A stretch of DNA of 56,206 bases from Catajapyx aquilonaris (taxonomy: Eukaryota), in the NCBI GenBank assembly GCA_000934665.2, contig JYFJ02002478.1, positions 1 through 56,206 of the forward strand, given 5' to 3'. The notes beneath the pieces were generated by a model. That model saw only the letters and a program-made list of their open reading frames with translations, was not told the DNA's origin and did no database searches. Positions 1 through 14,400 of this stretch are shown here, piece by piece. How positions within the stretch are numbered: position 1 is the first letter of the stretch; each line of letters starts with the position of its first letter. The position numbers and the translations under genes are program-made.

Positions 1-3000
1 AGGAAGTCATCGGCATCCCTAGAGATACTCATCAGCATAAAAATATTGGTAAAAAGGTCCAATTTTCCGTTTTACAGTGCTGAGCAGATATCAAGAGCAC
101 GGCAATAGAAACTGTGCTGCTCTCTGCTTCTCTGCCCAATTTATCATTTCAAAAGAAAAAGATTGGGAGTAGACATTGCAGACTGCCTATCCTAGCAACC
201 AGTTTAAATAGAAAAAAAACCTGTTTGGAAATATCTCACTTTGTGCTGTATGTATACAATACGTACTAGGGGTTGCTTTCTCACTCGCTCAGCTAGTCGA
301 ATAGAGCATAGTATGGGCCGTGGTATGGCCCCATCGTAACTTTCTATGGGAATCAGAGCAGACAGTTCAACTAGCTCTGGATAAGAAGGTGGACGAGTTG
401 CTTCGAACCCTTGAAGAGACGATCAACCAGACCATGCCATCAACACAAGGTTAGTAGAAGATAAACCAATTGGGAAAAAATATTGTTTCGTTTGATCGGT
501 TCTATGTATAAAATGATTGCTGGAAGGAACGTGCATAATTTTTTGCCTCCACATTTGTACATGTACTGTACAGTACAGTGCACCATTCTGTACAATAGGG
601 TATAAGAGCAGGTAGGGTCTTTTAAGCGTGAAAAAATCCCCTTCATCTTTTCACAGCTGGAAATCGATGACGTCGAAATGACTGCCACGCCTTTTAAAAT
701 ATGGCGAAGGCTTTGACACCAAATTGCTGGAATTGAAACTGGAATCGATATCCATTCGCAAAGCAAACATATCCACTTAGTTATGCGACTCAAAGGTTGG
801 GAATAGCAAGGCAGAGGGGAAAGGTTTTTTTTTCCCCCCATGGAGTCATAAGGGAAGGGGGGGGGGGGAGAAGGGAAAGGTCAATATTGTGCTTGGGAAA
901 GTCGCGGTGGGCTCCGGTACCCATGTATTATGGCTACGGGGTTTCCGGGTTGGCATCAGTCACGTGCTTTGCTTCTGTATGCCTTTGGGCACACTCAGTT
1001 CAAGTTTACCGCCGAAACTCCTATCGCCATACAGGAACACACATCGTTTATCTTATGAAGGGCAATTTGTAAACGAGTGTTTACCTTAGTCTAGGTCTGC
1101 CTTTCCTCTTTTTTTTTTAGAAAAACCTACTATTTATGATTGGAAAATGAGTAAAATTTTAAGGAGAAAAGCTTTCTCCTCAGCGAAAATCAGTACGTCA
1201 GAAAATGAACTAACAGATTAGCCATGCACATTGCACAAGTCACAGAGGGTAGGTAGACACTGAAACAATCACATAATTATGGTGTGAGTAGTTATGCGGA
1301 GAATTAGGTGTTATGTTCAGTATATTTCCCAGTAGGGCGTACCAAAGTCACTATTAATTCAAACGGACTGAACCATCGATCTTCTGTAAGATGAGAATAG
1401 TGCAAGTGAGTAGCCAATTGAAATTCTATCAGCTATCGGAATCCCTTTTTGATTGCGAGGATATCGAGTGATTGGAACCGCACCTTCGACAAGGCAGTAT
1501 TTCAGCAACGGTTCGTTCCCAACTAGCCTATTCTTCACCAGTTAATTCGCACGTCAAATTTGTTTCATTATTATGGCCCCATGCACTTGATTACTCACGT
1601 CACCAAAGTACTTAGCGTTTAAAAAAAAGAGCCGTAGGGGTGGGGATAATAATGCAAGCGTGCTAAGGTCGAAAGGCCAAAGAAATAAATGGGCTTGCGG
1701 GTGCAGCAGCAATATTGTGGACAATTTGCAGCGCTAGCAGGCCTTAATGACTCGCCGATAAATGTCCAGATTATATCAAACGCGGCCCGGAGCTTAGGGC
1801 CAGCAGTTACACCCTTTTTCCAGCCGCCTCTTAACCCCCCCCCCCCCCCCTCTTGACATTTATCACCATGTTTGTTTAATTGCAAGAGGAAGCCGGGAAT
1901 TTCGAAACAGCTTAAAAGCGCTAGTGATTTGCGCAATGGATTAATACTCTGCAAAATATGATGGACGATTCTGCTGTACACTGCATAATATTTCTCTCTC
2001 GTTTTTGAATGGGGTTGACGTGAAACAGTTTGGGATTATTTTTACCAGGTGATAATTTTGCAGGCTGACGCTGGACCCTATTGTGGACCACCCACGCGAA
2101 TATTATTGTGATATATTTATGTGGGCTGTATGTTTATGCGACTTGTCTGGGTTACGTAATGTACGACAGTTTGTGGTACCGACTGCATTACTGAGCCTGC
2201 TTTATTTTTTATTTTTTATTAGATGAATGGGGATAATATTTAACACCGTGTGGCAGGCACGGTTTCGGACTCTAATTTTTGCAACTTTTGTTCCAAATGC
2301 TCAGTTTTGCGCAATACGGCGGGTCTGAATTTTTTTTGACTGGTCTGCATAGAATGTCGCAAAGTGTCATGTTTTCTTTCCGTTGAAACGTGCCTTGGAG
2401 CTATATTTGGAGTTGCCATTGAAATATTAAATAGTAGTGCAAGAGACCTCTGCACATATCTCTTGCAAATTAAATAATAATCTTCGTGCGCATGAATGAT
2501 GCTTCGTGCAGTCACGTCACTAGCCGTAGGTTTTTAAAAAGGTCAATTTTTGTAAATGTATTTTGTGTGGTGGATCGCCATGTGTTCATTTGGGTTGTAT
2601 GCAATGGAATGAGGGTGTAAAATATGACAAAAATTACACTGCCTTACATATGTTATGTACAGTATTTGTGAAACTGTGGCTACATACTGCGATTTTCTCT
2701 CTCCTGGGAGACACTATCTACTGGGGTTTCACTATTCATGGATTCAGAAGAAATAATTGTGGTGCAGGATTTCGCTTACATTTTCTCCATTTGCTATACG
2801 CGTACATACGTGCTCCAAATCTATACAAAGCTATACTTGCGCACGCATTTAACGCATGGGAGTGTGCATAGCCATAAGATTACGTAACCAACGGACGCTT
2901 CAGGGAAGATCAAAATTGGAATTTAGGTTACCGGTACACAATATTGCAAAAGACAAGAACGGTACTCCCCTACACTGTTCATGACATTTGCAGGCAGATT

Positions 3001-6000
3001 CCTTTCGATTTTAAAACTGGTTTACGAAATACGCAAGTATAAAAACCAGAGCACGCAAAACATCGCGACCGGAAGGCCAGGCTGATAAATTAATGAGCTT
3101 GCCAGAACCAGGTATTCAAAAAATAATCAACTACAGCCCTCGGATTTTGAAGCGCAATACAACAAAAAAAAAATATACGCCATCAATATGGAACGGCAAT
3201 GCTCGTTATGCTTCGTGGGGCCGGGCCAAACACGAAAAAAAAGAGTTGGCCCAATAACTCTTGACACTGGCTGGGGGAGTGAAAAAAAAATTGAATCCCC
3301 GGGAGATTGAATGACCTGTCGGTGACGTCACGACCGATTGACAAAGCCATCTTCGTCCTGGGGAGAGAGAGAAGAGGCTGGAAGAAGAAAAAAAGGGAAG
3401 GAAAAAAAAATATTGGGGGGCCGTAAGAAAAGATTGGAGGCTCTTCTGTATGGGGGACGACCTCGTATAAAGCCGGTTGTCACGGCCTTTCAATGCTGCC
3501 CTCTCCTTATCGGCTTTACGTGGCCATTCATTGACGTGGCCTCGGGGCCCTTAGAGTTCAAGGCCCGAATAAGGAAGAGGACAGTCCGATGAAATATACA
3601 GGCATAAGGCACGGTCACTGCCACCGAGAAGATTGCGGACCTTTGGAAATTACGAGCACCTCTTGTTGGAACGAATTGCGTAATCTCGAGAGCTCAATGA
3701 TTTGATGAGAGAAATGACATTTAACGGTTGAGCGGCTCAATCCAATCATTACACAACGGAAAATATTACATTGTAATAGAACATCGCTTTTGAGATAGAT
3801 TGTCTCCGGTGCGGTCTTTGTGCCGAAAATAAAATGTACTCGCCTCACTCTGGGTTTCTTCTGGAAAGTAGCAAACAACTTTTTTTTTTTTTTGTAACGA
3901 ATTACTCGTCGGGCCAACTAACACAATAGGAAACCTTTCAGGAAGGAGTTGGGGTACGTCACTCCGGTTTCAGCAACATCGCAGGGTATGCTGGGCAGAA
4001 ATTGGGTCGTGCAAACTTTTATTGATGTTTGTACAACTTCAGTTGAAAACTTGATAGTCTCAAACCCAACATTTTCTAAGGCTTTTTTCTACGCCGGGCT
4101 AAGGCTGCAGGTGTATCCAGTGAGGTAATATTTGTAGACTACTACAGGAATATTGCAATATTTTGAATTCACGTAACAAAGCATGGCAATCCGGAGGGTG
4201 TTAATTACATTTACATGGCTTCACCCAAGTCCTGGGAGTAGACGTGTTCTATTTACCTTACAATGCAAGCTGAGTAAGTTGAACCAATATTAACCATTGC
4301 CAGTAATGACAAAGGAAGGACGTGTAGACCTACACTCGCGAAGAAAACAGGGGGCAGGTGCTGCTTTCCTACACAGCTTTCCTCGACAGGTCTAGTTTTC
4401 CCTAGAGCCTAGAGAATTATTTAGCTAGGACTTATTTGTGTTGCTTGAACTGGTGCGTACATACAAGTAATGCTGGCATATATGACCCAGAGCAGATTAA
4501 TTTCACGTAACATGAGACATTTCTAAGTTTTTAATGACACACTGAGAAATTAATAAGCATCTCAAAACGTAGTTAAATTAACTTTTAATCAACCTCTAAC
4601 CAACAACTATAGGAATGGAATTGTGATGTGAATCAGGAATTTTTTTCCGCCTTTCTTCAAACCCTTATACTTGGACCTGATTTGGCAGAGTGGAGATGCC
4701 CAGCGGAGTGATAATAATTTCCAGGCCGCGTGGCAATTCCAGTGACAAGCACGACCGGTCCAAAGTTTTCCGCCATTTTCCAGGGAAAAGTGCCGGAAAA
4801 CTCGATTGTTACTGACACGGAACCGCGGTCGCTTCCTTCTTGCTGATGGAATCAACTTTACGCGCGACTCGACCCAACCTTATAATAATCCCTTTCTAAT
4901 AACCCTGTTGTTCCCTCCGCCTCAATAATAAGTTTGTCGAATTTTTAACATTCTGAAGATAACCATCGGCATCGCTTCCGGGGGTCGGCAAAGAAAAATA
5001 ACTCCAGTGTGTGTACACCCTAATCAAAGTTGAGTTAAAACAAGCGGCAGAATATAATCAGCAGTCATTCAAACTACCTGCTTTCATAATTGATTAGAAG
5101 CTGGTAAGATATGAAAAACCGATAATGAGTGTGCGGAAAAGTAGTCTAGATATTGGCCGAATAAGAAGAAGGAAGGGAGGGGGAAAAAAAGTCCCTTCGG
5201 CGCCAGACTTATTCCCCCAGTATTCCCCCATAATGCAATGTAACCAGTTTCAGCCCTTCTGGCATCGAGCCCGGAGTCACTGCCCAAACACTTCAATCAT
5301 ACCTAGGCTTTGGCTCCACAGGCGCTTGATATCTAATTCATAAGGCGGAGGCAAAGGAGAATTGAATATTCAGAGGTGTTGGGTCTAATCAGGACCCAAT
5401 CCCCTCCTATTCATTAGGCCTTATAAACACTCCGGAATGATGAAATGTCGCTCCCTGGGAGGCCTAGAGGAGCTTGAAGGAAACAAACCCTCAGGCTCTG
5501 AAATCGATTCCGGTCTGGGAGAGAAAACCAGGAAAATCATCCATTGTTATTTCTCCAGGACGTGTTGTGCGGTTTACAGCCAGTCATCATTTCCATAATT
5601 ATAGGTAAAGGGTAAAGGTTAGAGCAAGTCTACAGCCAATGTCCATAGTTGACTAAAGACACGAGGGAATAGGGCGCGTGCCATGAAAACACAAGATGTC
5701 TCGATACGCGCCTCTGAGGTCTTCCCTTAAACTTTTTGTTCTCCAATGAAGGCTTTTCCGCAAACTTTTGGGACAAGATGTTTGGCTTGGCTGCAAACTT
5801 TGGTCATTTCGCGCCCTCCAAACCTTGACGTTTCCTTGCGAGTTTTGAATCTCAAAGGAAGAAGAGCGGTGTGTGTATATACGCGTCCTTCAAGCACAAC
5901 TAGACCGAAAATAATAAACCCCAGCAGCCTCGTTTGCATGTGAGCCTAAATGATGTGTCTGACATGACAGGGCTCGAAAAAAAACATCACGTTCGCATTG

Positions 6001-6283
6001 TAAAACTCGGCAATACGTAACCATCGACGGGTATTTTTCCGAGGGTAAAAAATGGGTGGCATAACAAGGACACAGCTGGGATTCAGTGCCGGCCTCCTAA
6101 AGTGAGACGTGTCAATTTGTCGAAGGCAAACTGGTGCAATGGGGATAGTGCAACCGCACACTGGGCATTGCCCAATTTTTAATGCATGATAATGTGCAGT
6201 TCATCGAAAACTGCGCGGCTCGCAGATGAGTCTACTAAAGCCCCTTCAAACCACCACCACCCCCCTCAAAATATTATTTTGTT

Positions 6284-6302
6284 ACACACACACACACACA
6301 CA
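6284..6302. repeat. (AC)n microsatellite followed by an A-tract
   Basis: About 9 AC units followed by a run of A. Confidence 0.9.
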
Positions 6303-9300
6303 AAAAAAAAATTGTGCTGCTGACAAACTGTCCCTTCTAGCTCTATTGGGTGGAAGGGCTTTTGATCCCTCGGAAAATATACGGCCATCTAGATAACAAG
6401 GGATAGCCATTAACATTTGTTCCGGTGTTGCGCGTTCACGCTGGCTTTAACAAATTTATACATTATGTCCAAAGCGATTTTTAATAGCACCCAGATTTTG
6501 ATAACTATTTCGCGTCAAGTATAAATATTCAACACACATACCCTGATACGTTGCTGCTTTCATCTGCACTCGCTCATTTTGTCGCCTAATGTTATCGCCA
6601 AGAGAGCTGTCACAGTACATGTTTCAACGCTATTTTAAGCGCTGATTTAGTTGACGCGCATTTCCTGTAGCGTGTAAGGGATGCTGCATGGACGAATATT
6701 GATATGATAACCGATGAACTGTACGAATAATTTCGAACAAAAATATTGTTTCACAGCTTTTGCTGATAGGCAATACAAATGCGCCTTCCGACTCTTTATT
6801 TTTCTTGGCCGAATCGCATCTCAGGTGCAATAAAACCCGGCATTGTGCCAGATTTCCGTAAGTGGCCTTATAATCCGGTTAAGGACGCATTTTCCTCTGG
6901 TTAGGGGGGAGAAACCCTCCCTTCCTTTCCCCCCAGTCTCTCTCCTAAATTGTCGTCTGGGGGTCGACACATTACCAGCAACAAACCCCAGTCGTCGCAC
7001 CCTCCAAGGAATGTGATGGAAATGTCAAGGCGGCCTTTTGTGCGCCCCGGGGCAGCCCCCGGAAGTGAATGTGGGGAGGGTTCGATCTGGGAGGGAAAAA
7101 AGACCCCCGCAGAAATGCGGTAATAGATTCACCTTGGCCTGGGACCATGCTTTCACCAGACATGAAAGCTGGGATGAAGGCTAATTTATAACATCAGCCA
7201 AAGCCCTAGCTCTTTAACCCCCGCGGGGTTTTTTCGCCAGTTCATTCCTCGACCTGCGAGCTTTATCGGCTCAAAAAAAAAGAGAGGAGAAGTTTCAAGG
7301 TGTAATGACTACGAGCAGCAATTTCCCGAATGTTTAAGTCCAAAGATCTACGAAATTATGAAGGCTGAAGGATTTTTTTTAAAATAAAAAAAGAGCTGGA
7401 GGCGATTTTTTTTATATACGAAATATTCCTCATACAATGCACGATATAGAGCAGTAATGACACATTATTTCTGGAGTGCTGAGCATTAATAGGGGAATAT
7501 TAATTGAAGGAACTTTTGAAGTTGGAGGTCATTATGAACAATAATCCGGTAATTTGTAAACCACATACGCACCTAATGAATGGACCGATGCATAACCGGA
7601 CACGGAGCAACGCTGCTATTGTCACGTACACAATTACAGGTTTTTGGGGGTATATAGGCTTACGTGGTCAGCCCCGGCTTGCAAATATTTATGCGGAACA
7701 ATGGTGCACTGATCTGCTTTATTGGCTGATGCAGGGGTTGGAGCAAATTGCGCAAGTGGGTTAGCGATCGACGCTAATGGGCCACGTTACAGGACGCAAA
7801 ATATTGAGTACCAAAGGTGTCAGGCAAGAGGCAGAAGAAACGGCGACCTGAAGGGCTCAACTGCGATACCGGTATATTTTTTAAATACCAATAACAACGA
7901 TTGAATTCTGAGAGCACCGAAATATCATTCGTCGCTTTCTTATGACAAAAGATTTTGTAATACAGCTGTGGCTGACTTTTAACAACGATGAGGAAACTGA
8001 TAGGAAATTAAAAGTCGCTCCAACCATTTATAGCAAAGCACAGCAAAGAATGGGCCTACATTATACCCTGAAACAGAAAGAAACAATACCGAGGCGGCCT
8101 ACTTCTACCTCAAAAAAAGCATCGGTCCAGGCTTTACAGAGCCTAAAAATCTTTAAAGACATCAGCTATATAAGGCACTCGGAAAATCTCCGGAGGTCTT
8201 CCTTTGGAAGGTAGCTTCGATAGGAATAGGGAAAAAATATTTGGGTGATTGCGTCCGAGCAAGAGGATGGAGCCCACCTCGAGGTGTTCCCGTTGGAGCG
8301 ACCAAACGATGGCAATTCAGGTTTGATTGGAAGGGAAATCCGCAGGGATGCTTTCTCGGACCCAGTTTGAAGAGACTGGGTCCGGCAACAGCACAAAGCT
8401 CTTCTGCAAAAGTTTTTTTTCCCCCTTCTATTCCTTACCTCCTAGGACTGAAAAAAATTTGGCCATTTCTACCTACCTCTGTCAGGCCGTTTCATCTGGC
8501 GCATGTTTTAAAAGATGTACGAGCCCAGCCATACATCCTGCTACATAGTGTATGTCAGTGTCAAGTCAGACTCGTAAACCGTAACTCGATGGCCAGCCCA
8601 AAGAGCACCATTGGGCGAAAACCTCCACCGCCTGTTAATTTGCAAATTTGAGCCCTTCGCAATTTTTTTTTCCGGGCTGGTAAGCGAGTGTCTTTTTCAT
8701 TCATTTCTCAGCAAGTGGAGCAAATGGGATCGGAGCCTTTTCCCCCCCAGAGGCGACGCCCCGAGAAGAAAAGAGCTGCTCAGAGTCGCGACCTCAGAAT
8801 GTACGAACTCAATATTGACTCGCTGAAGAGTCATGAAATTCAAGCGAGTGGCCGTCGACGCGCTTTGCAAGGACGGAATCCGGGGGGTCTGTGTGTGCTG
8901 GAGAGATCCAGGGGGATATATAGAGCTTTCTACACCATGACTCTCTCTCTAGGGTTGGTGGGTAGTGGGTGGGAAAAGAGGGTCCTCTCCAGAGAGACTG
9001 GGAGGGGAGGTCAAAAGTGCAAGTGGGTTGGGATTAGTGGAGCAGACACGTTAAACATTGTCCGGCGTTAAAGATGAATGAGGCTCGCCTTTAGCGGTAG
9101 GAAAGGGAGCTTGTTTTCAGACTGCTTTATTACACTGGGAGAGTCCCCGATGGAACTGTTTCTAGAAGGGATAAATTTTTTGGCCTAAGATTTGCTATGT
9201 TGGGCTTTCCGGAGACGGAGTGGAAGAATTTTTTCGGTTGAATACTGCAAATATTATGTCGTTCTTGCGTGGGTTTTATTTTCTTCAGGAGTTCAGGGCG

Positions 9301-10430
9301 GCTCACACGCAAGGTAATAACTCTGCACTTATGATAAGTCAGGGTAATTCTTCCATGGTGTTTCGCGCATTTTTTTTGCTGAGAAGGAAGCGGATCCTAT
9401 TTCTATTTTTGAGACAATCCGATCAGGATGGAAATGAATGTGGGCGGAACCCGCTATCATTATAATATGTACATTGTATTGAATGTACACAGTACTTGAT
9501 TACATGCACTTTATACACTAAATTGATGTTGAGCCGATTTGTCACGGTTCAGTTCAAGTTCAGATACTGTATAGGACATGATGTGGTGAGTGGTTATTTG
9601 ACTTGCCAGAGCGATCCTCCATGGAGAACCTCGGAAACAAAAATCCCGCCAATATTCCGCAGGGCATTGTTGTCCCAGAAGACTCTGCTTGCCATTACAT
9701 GCACCAGTCATGCTGAACACGCCTGCTTTTTTTTAGTTCGTTAGCAGTGTTCGATGCGAAAAAAAGCGACAAAAATTGCCTACTAATTGGAAAGTCAGGC
9801 TGATTCCATTGTGGTTTTACTCGTTTTAGGCATGAATACTTTGATTGTTATGGTAAATACACAATCCTGGCGGTGAAGCCCAGGTGATGGGGAAATATTA
9901 CACGCAAATTGGGTCGCATTCCATAATTGCCATGGCTTATTGATAAAGTCACTTAATATAGGCAAGTAGTGATCTCTAGGATAACTCGCTTATTACCTAT
10001 AGCATAAAATTAGGCTTTATTTAAATAGCCTTTTCATGAGACTGCACGCAGACTTTTCCGGAAGCAAGAATCCGCCACTGTATGCATCATTTGTCTTCAG
10101 TTATATCGCATGAGTCTCGAGGGAAATCTGAATCGATGTTATTGATGTTGACCTGTAAGATTTTCTCCCAGGAAAGGAGGTGGAAGAAGGCGAGGAGGGG
10201 GGCTGGCGAGAAGGCGCAGAATTTGAGGAAAGTGTGCAAGGGAAAATAAATTGCGCTTGGTTGTAATGGCCCTCTTGGCAGATGAAACGCGATGCTTGCA
10301 GCACCAGGCCCGCCTCGAAAATAGAACTCCGGCTGACACATTCTTTATAAGGTGTCTTCCCTCTCATTAAGCCGACCCCCCCTGAACTGAGTTGGATTCT
10401 TTTCTCGTCGCCTTGGCTCTGGATAGAGTC

Positions 10431-10457
10431 AAGAAGAAGAAGAAGAAGAAGAAGAAG
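10431..10457. repeat. (AAG)9 microsatellite
   Basis: Uninterrupted AAG triplets. Confidence 0.95.
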
Positions 10458-10637
10458 GAGCCATAATTTGCATCGGAGGTGAATAAGAGTCGCTGGCTGC
10501 ACTTTTGAGGTTGAAGCACTTTCGCACGTTTGTAACAGTTGACGCCGTCCCTTTTCCGCAGCCAGCACTTTCGCTTATTTAACAAGTAACGAGGATTGTT
10601 TTGTCTACCAAGCAGGCTGCAATGTTATGACGATACG

Positions 10638-10890
10638 GTTGGCACATAGGCTCTTCCTCTGCACACTACTGCCACTCTCAGGGGGGAAAGTAGTACTGCA
10701 CGTTGGTGATGAGTCACCGCGAGGACAAAGCCCACCAATGTGCTATAACCAGCATGTGTCTCGCCTCTACTGAAGTGGGTCCCACCCTCTCTGACCGCTA
10801 TATGTTCTCTCATTGTTGAACGTGGCAAGTGAACACCTATAATGCTATGAGTCAACACGGACAAAGAAGCGGACAGACAGAATAAGGAGA
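10638..10890 (-). mobile_element. Non-autonomous Helitron-like repeat, family 1, copy A (putative 5' end present, 3' end missing)
   Basis: Aligns by eye with 16943-17171 and, inverted, with 43346-43452 (shared ctgcacactactgc..ctctcag..gaaagta..tgcacgttggtgatgagtc..ggacaaag). On the minus strand it would begin A|TCTCCTTATTCTGTCTGTCCG at 10890, matching a Helitron 5'-TC after a target A. Confidence 0.65.
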
Positions 10891-11406
10891 TTAGCATTAT
10901 TTTAGGATACCCTTTGACAGGTGAACCAACACGCTCCAAGAATCTGCTTGCATATGCACGTCCCATGTAAATAAGTTCTCTCTCAGCACATAGGAGGAGA
11001 TAGGAGGCTCCGAGACGAGGCCATGCATCTGGGGGGGATCCACCCACGAACCACAAGCTATCCCAAGACAGATTTTACGAGGAGAACGTGACTGTTCGTT
11101 GAGACATCTTCGGTCCGATCGGAACTCGATGGCCATTTGTTTGCTCCTCATCCGGCGCAGCTTGACTAGAGCGATAAGCGAATTAGAGTAAGGGGAGGGT
11201 AGGGGGGGGGGGATCCGATACTAATTTGGGGAGGATGCGGGGAAAGAGAGCCGCGGAGGTACCAACTTCCCAGGGCCCAAGATGGCCATATCGATTCTGT
11301 GTGGGTGTAAAAGGAAAGGGGGCTTAAGATACGCAGGCACGCAGACACGTCTCGAGATATTTTCTCATCGCCTGTGGTTTTGGCGTGAGATGTCATGGGG
11401 GGTTTT

Positions 11407-11434
11407 AAGGGTCGCGTAAACAGACGCGACCCTT
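11407..11434. repeat. Perfect 11-bp GC-rich inverted repeat
   Basis: aagggtcgcgt - aaacag - acgcgaccctt. Confidence 0.9.
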
Positions 11435-14400
11435 TTTGGGGGGCGTTTGGGTTGCGTTGTTGAGCTGATGCTGGGTTGCGATTTCAAAGGCAATGAAACG
11501 CCCCTGTTTGTGCCTCTTTGTTACTTGAAGCATAATTTGGTTCGCTTGCTCACAACCATTTTCATGGAGGGGGGGGGGAGGAAGAGGAAGATAGCAGTTT
11601 GTTGCGAGTTAATTGTTGTGTGGAGTCGAGCGACGATCAGGTTCGTTATGTATTTTTGTTCAAATTGTTATGGAGATTTGCAAAGTAGCACATTTTTTTT
11701 GGGAAAGTAACATCAGGAGTATGAAAATGTATGTTGCATTTGCGCAAATGAATTTCAAAATGGCCGCCATAAAATACATTATTCCTTATTCTGAGTTTTT
11801 CAAAGATATACATAATGGTTTGCTAATCTCCAGGAATTTTGAACGAACGTACTATTTTTGACATATTAAAGAACCGGACTAATTTTCGTTGTCCGAGCAC
11901 GTTTTGATATGGGGTTAAATTTGGCAGATCGTTTGACAAAAGGTACCAAACATTTTGAAGAATATGACCAGAATAATTTTTGTCATGTTGGAGCACCCTG
12001 CTGTGTAGCGTGCAATCATGTTAAATTCGCGCAACTCTTGGCGCGAAACCATGACAACGCGTGTCTATCTGAGACCTTCCTGTTTCCTCACATTACTTGA
12101 GAAGAGACGGGCCTGCCATTTCCTGGCTCTCGGTTTAAGGAGTCACTTGACCTCTTTGCGGTCAGTGCGTGTGACACACGACGAGCTCAGTGCAAAGGAG
12201 ACACACAAAAAAAAGGAGTCTTCTCTTGGCAGGGCGTCGTAAACGCGAAGGTTAAGAGCACTCTTGAATTTGACGGAGTTACTTGCTGGCGACCTGGCCT
12301 GCTTTTACAATGAAGCACTTTTTGAAATACGGGTTCCGAGTAGAAACGTGTCTCAAAAAAAAAGGAAGGCCGATAATGTCATCACTGGAATTACGAGTCT
12401 TCATATCGAAAAAGAAACGGCGCCTCCGAAGTCGTTAAAAAGGTATTAATTTCCGAAAAATTCGTCCTCAAGTTTTTTAAAAGTCCATCGTAAAACTCTG
12501 TTGCCACAGAGACCACACACCTGTACATATAGGGGCTATCGGTTTCACACTTACAAGATGACAGACGACGCAATTTTTTTTTCTTCAAGAATATTCTTCC
12601 GCACGTAAGCTTCTCGGCTCCATTTTTTTCCAGGGCGCCATGTGTAGTGGAGCGTGGATTTTTTCTAAGGGGTCCAAGTGGCGAGTTGGCTTCTTTTTGG
12701 AGGCTGATAAGAGCAGGGGGGACCAACTGGGCCATTAATCACCTGCTGCAGGCTAGCGATAGTAGCCCCCCCCCCCCCACCAACCAAACTCCCCCTGACT
12801 TCCACATCCCCGTTACGAATCTATCACTGCAGATGCCTCCTTTCGCAATGGACCCTGCTGGACATGGCAAGGCTAGATCTGGTCTTTATTGTCTCCAAGG
12901 ACGGAGGGATCAACTCCTATTTCGTGTAAGGGACTCGGGTCTTTTGTTTTCTTCGCATTGAGGGATTGAGGCTGCGAAATAGTTTGTGGTGGTCCAAAAA
13001 AAGAGAGTTTGGCACATGTTGGAGGTCTTGGAGGCAGTGGTTGGTTGTAATCTGTGGTCATGGTCGGAAGCACAGTTGGGACCTACTGACCCACTGGAGA
13101 CACCTTTTCTTTCTTTTCCAGGGTGATATGTGGGGTTTCTCCAGTGATAACGTATCGGAATAGAGCGTGACTAGTACGGATGGGAGTTATAAAATATAGA
13201 TGGACATAAGACTATACAAAGGTTAACTCAAAAGCAATTACAGTGTGGGCACATAAAGTTTGTTGTGAAAAAACAGCATTTTGAGGACAGGATGGGGACA
13301 GAAAAAAGCTCGGAATAAACTTGGGGAGTGTGGAACATAGTAGATTCGCCCCAGGGTTCAGGGCGTCTCTGGAGGATGATGGACCTGCATGAGAAGCAGC
13401 TGCTGGAGCCAGGCCAACCGAACAGTCTGGAAGGGATTGAGGTTGTTTTGGGGAGGATTCGCAAGGGACGGATTTTCCGGAGTTAACTCAGTTGTGGAGA
13501 GGGGGGAGGGGGAGAACTGGGTCAAGTTCGTTGATCTTTTTACGAAACATGCTGAACTAGTTATAAGACGCTCATAAAAGTGTGAGGGCTTCAATCACCT
13601 ACTAGCCTGAAGGACTCTCGTGTAGTCTATTTTCTAGCCAGTTGCCCATAGTATTTTTTGTCACCTCTTTCAGGTCCCTTGCGTTGTCCCTTTTTCCCAT
13701 TTTTCGCAGCGGAAAAAAACGGATGAGGTAATCAAGTTGCCTCAATCCTATTTTATCCGCCAAGGCGCTTTAGAGAATGTTGGGCGCCACCTTGTCACAG
13801 CCAGGAAATATGGAGTTGACATATTCCATCATCCATCTTTTTAAGCAAAATTATTTCAGCAGCATTAGTCACACTTTCTAAACGCATTAAATGATGCAAT
13901 GAACTGAAGAAAAGTATATAGCCTGTAGTGTACAGTTGTGGAATATTTTTTTTGTCTATAGAGAAGCACCAAGCTGTGCTGCGCAAACAAGAATTTTCAT
14001 ACCATCTTTCTCAGGGGGTTTGAAAAGAGGTGACCTTACAGCTGCAGCATGGCATGGTTGTGAATGATGTGTATTTTTGAAAAAAAACCATGCATAATTC
14101 ATGATTCCGGGGAACTCGCTATTTTTATGAGCCTCAGACTTGGCAGGCCCAGATTCGAATTTAACCACTATATATAGCTTGAAATATGTGGCCGTACCCT
14201 TCTCACGCCCCTGCGGGTTTTTTCCCCATCGAAGAGCTTTACTGCATGCGATCATCTTTGTGTCTCCACTCTCGCGCTTTAATTGTCGCAATTGCCCCCG
14301 CACCTCCCGCCCCATCTGCACGTGACTTGCCATTTTTATTAATGCATGCTAAAATCCAGTGGGGGCGGGGGCCTTGGATCCCTCATTTTTGCGAAAACGA

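Noticed and set aside
285..412. tRNA/SINE-like A-box (gctcagctagtcgaatagagca) and B-box-like (cttcgaaccc) motifs
   Set aside because: The spacing is too long, no cloverleaf forms, and there is no second copy in the window.
3606..3624. taaggcacggtcactgcca, resembling miR-124; also seed-only matches to bantam (~34278), miR-279 (~11164) and miR-34 (~43925)
   Set aside because: Only the seed or 5' end matches, the remainder diverges, and there is no convincing precursor hairpin. miR-10, miR-993 and iab-4/8 were looked for by eye and not found.
4225..5640. Similar short tails at ~4235-4260 (gtagacgtgttctatttacctta) and ~5602-5637 on the minus strand (gtagacttgctctaacctttaccc), suggestive of SINE/LINE 3' ends
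   Set aside because: The similarity is too short and degenerate to define an element by eye.
10101..10568. 155-aa minus-strand ORF with a poly-Leu, signal-peptide-like stretch
   Set aside because: The Leu run is simply the (AAG)9 microsatellite read on the minus strand.
10706..10732. Hammerhead-like motif gtgatgagtc...ggacaaag in the 3-copy repeat
   Set aside because: The core is GUGAUGA rather than CUGAUGA with no compensating change, GAAA is absent in all copies, and stems I and III are not evident.
13358..13594. Minus-strand frame ending LAWLQQLLLMQVHHPPETP, a possible terminal exon
   Set aside because: No homology recognised, weak acceptor context and no partner exons.
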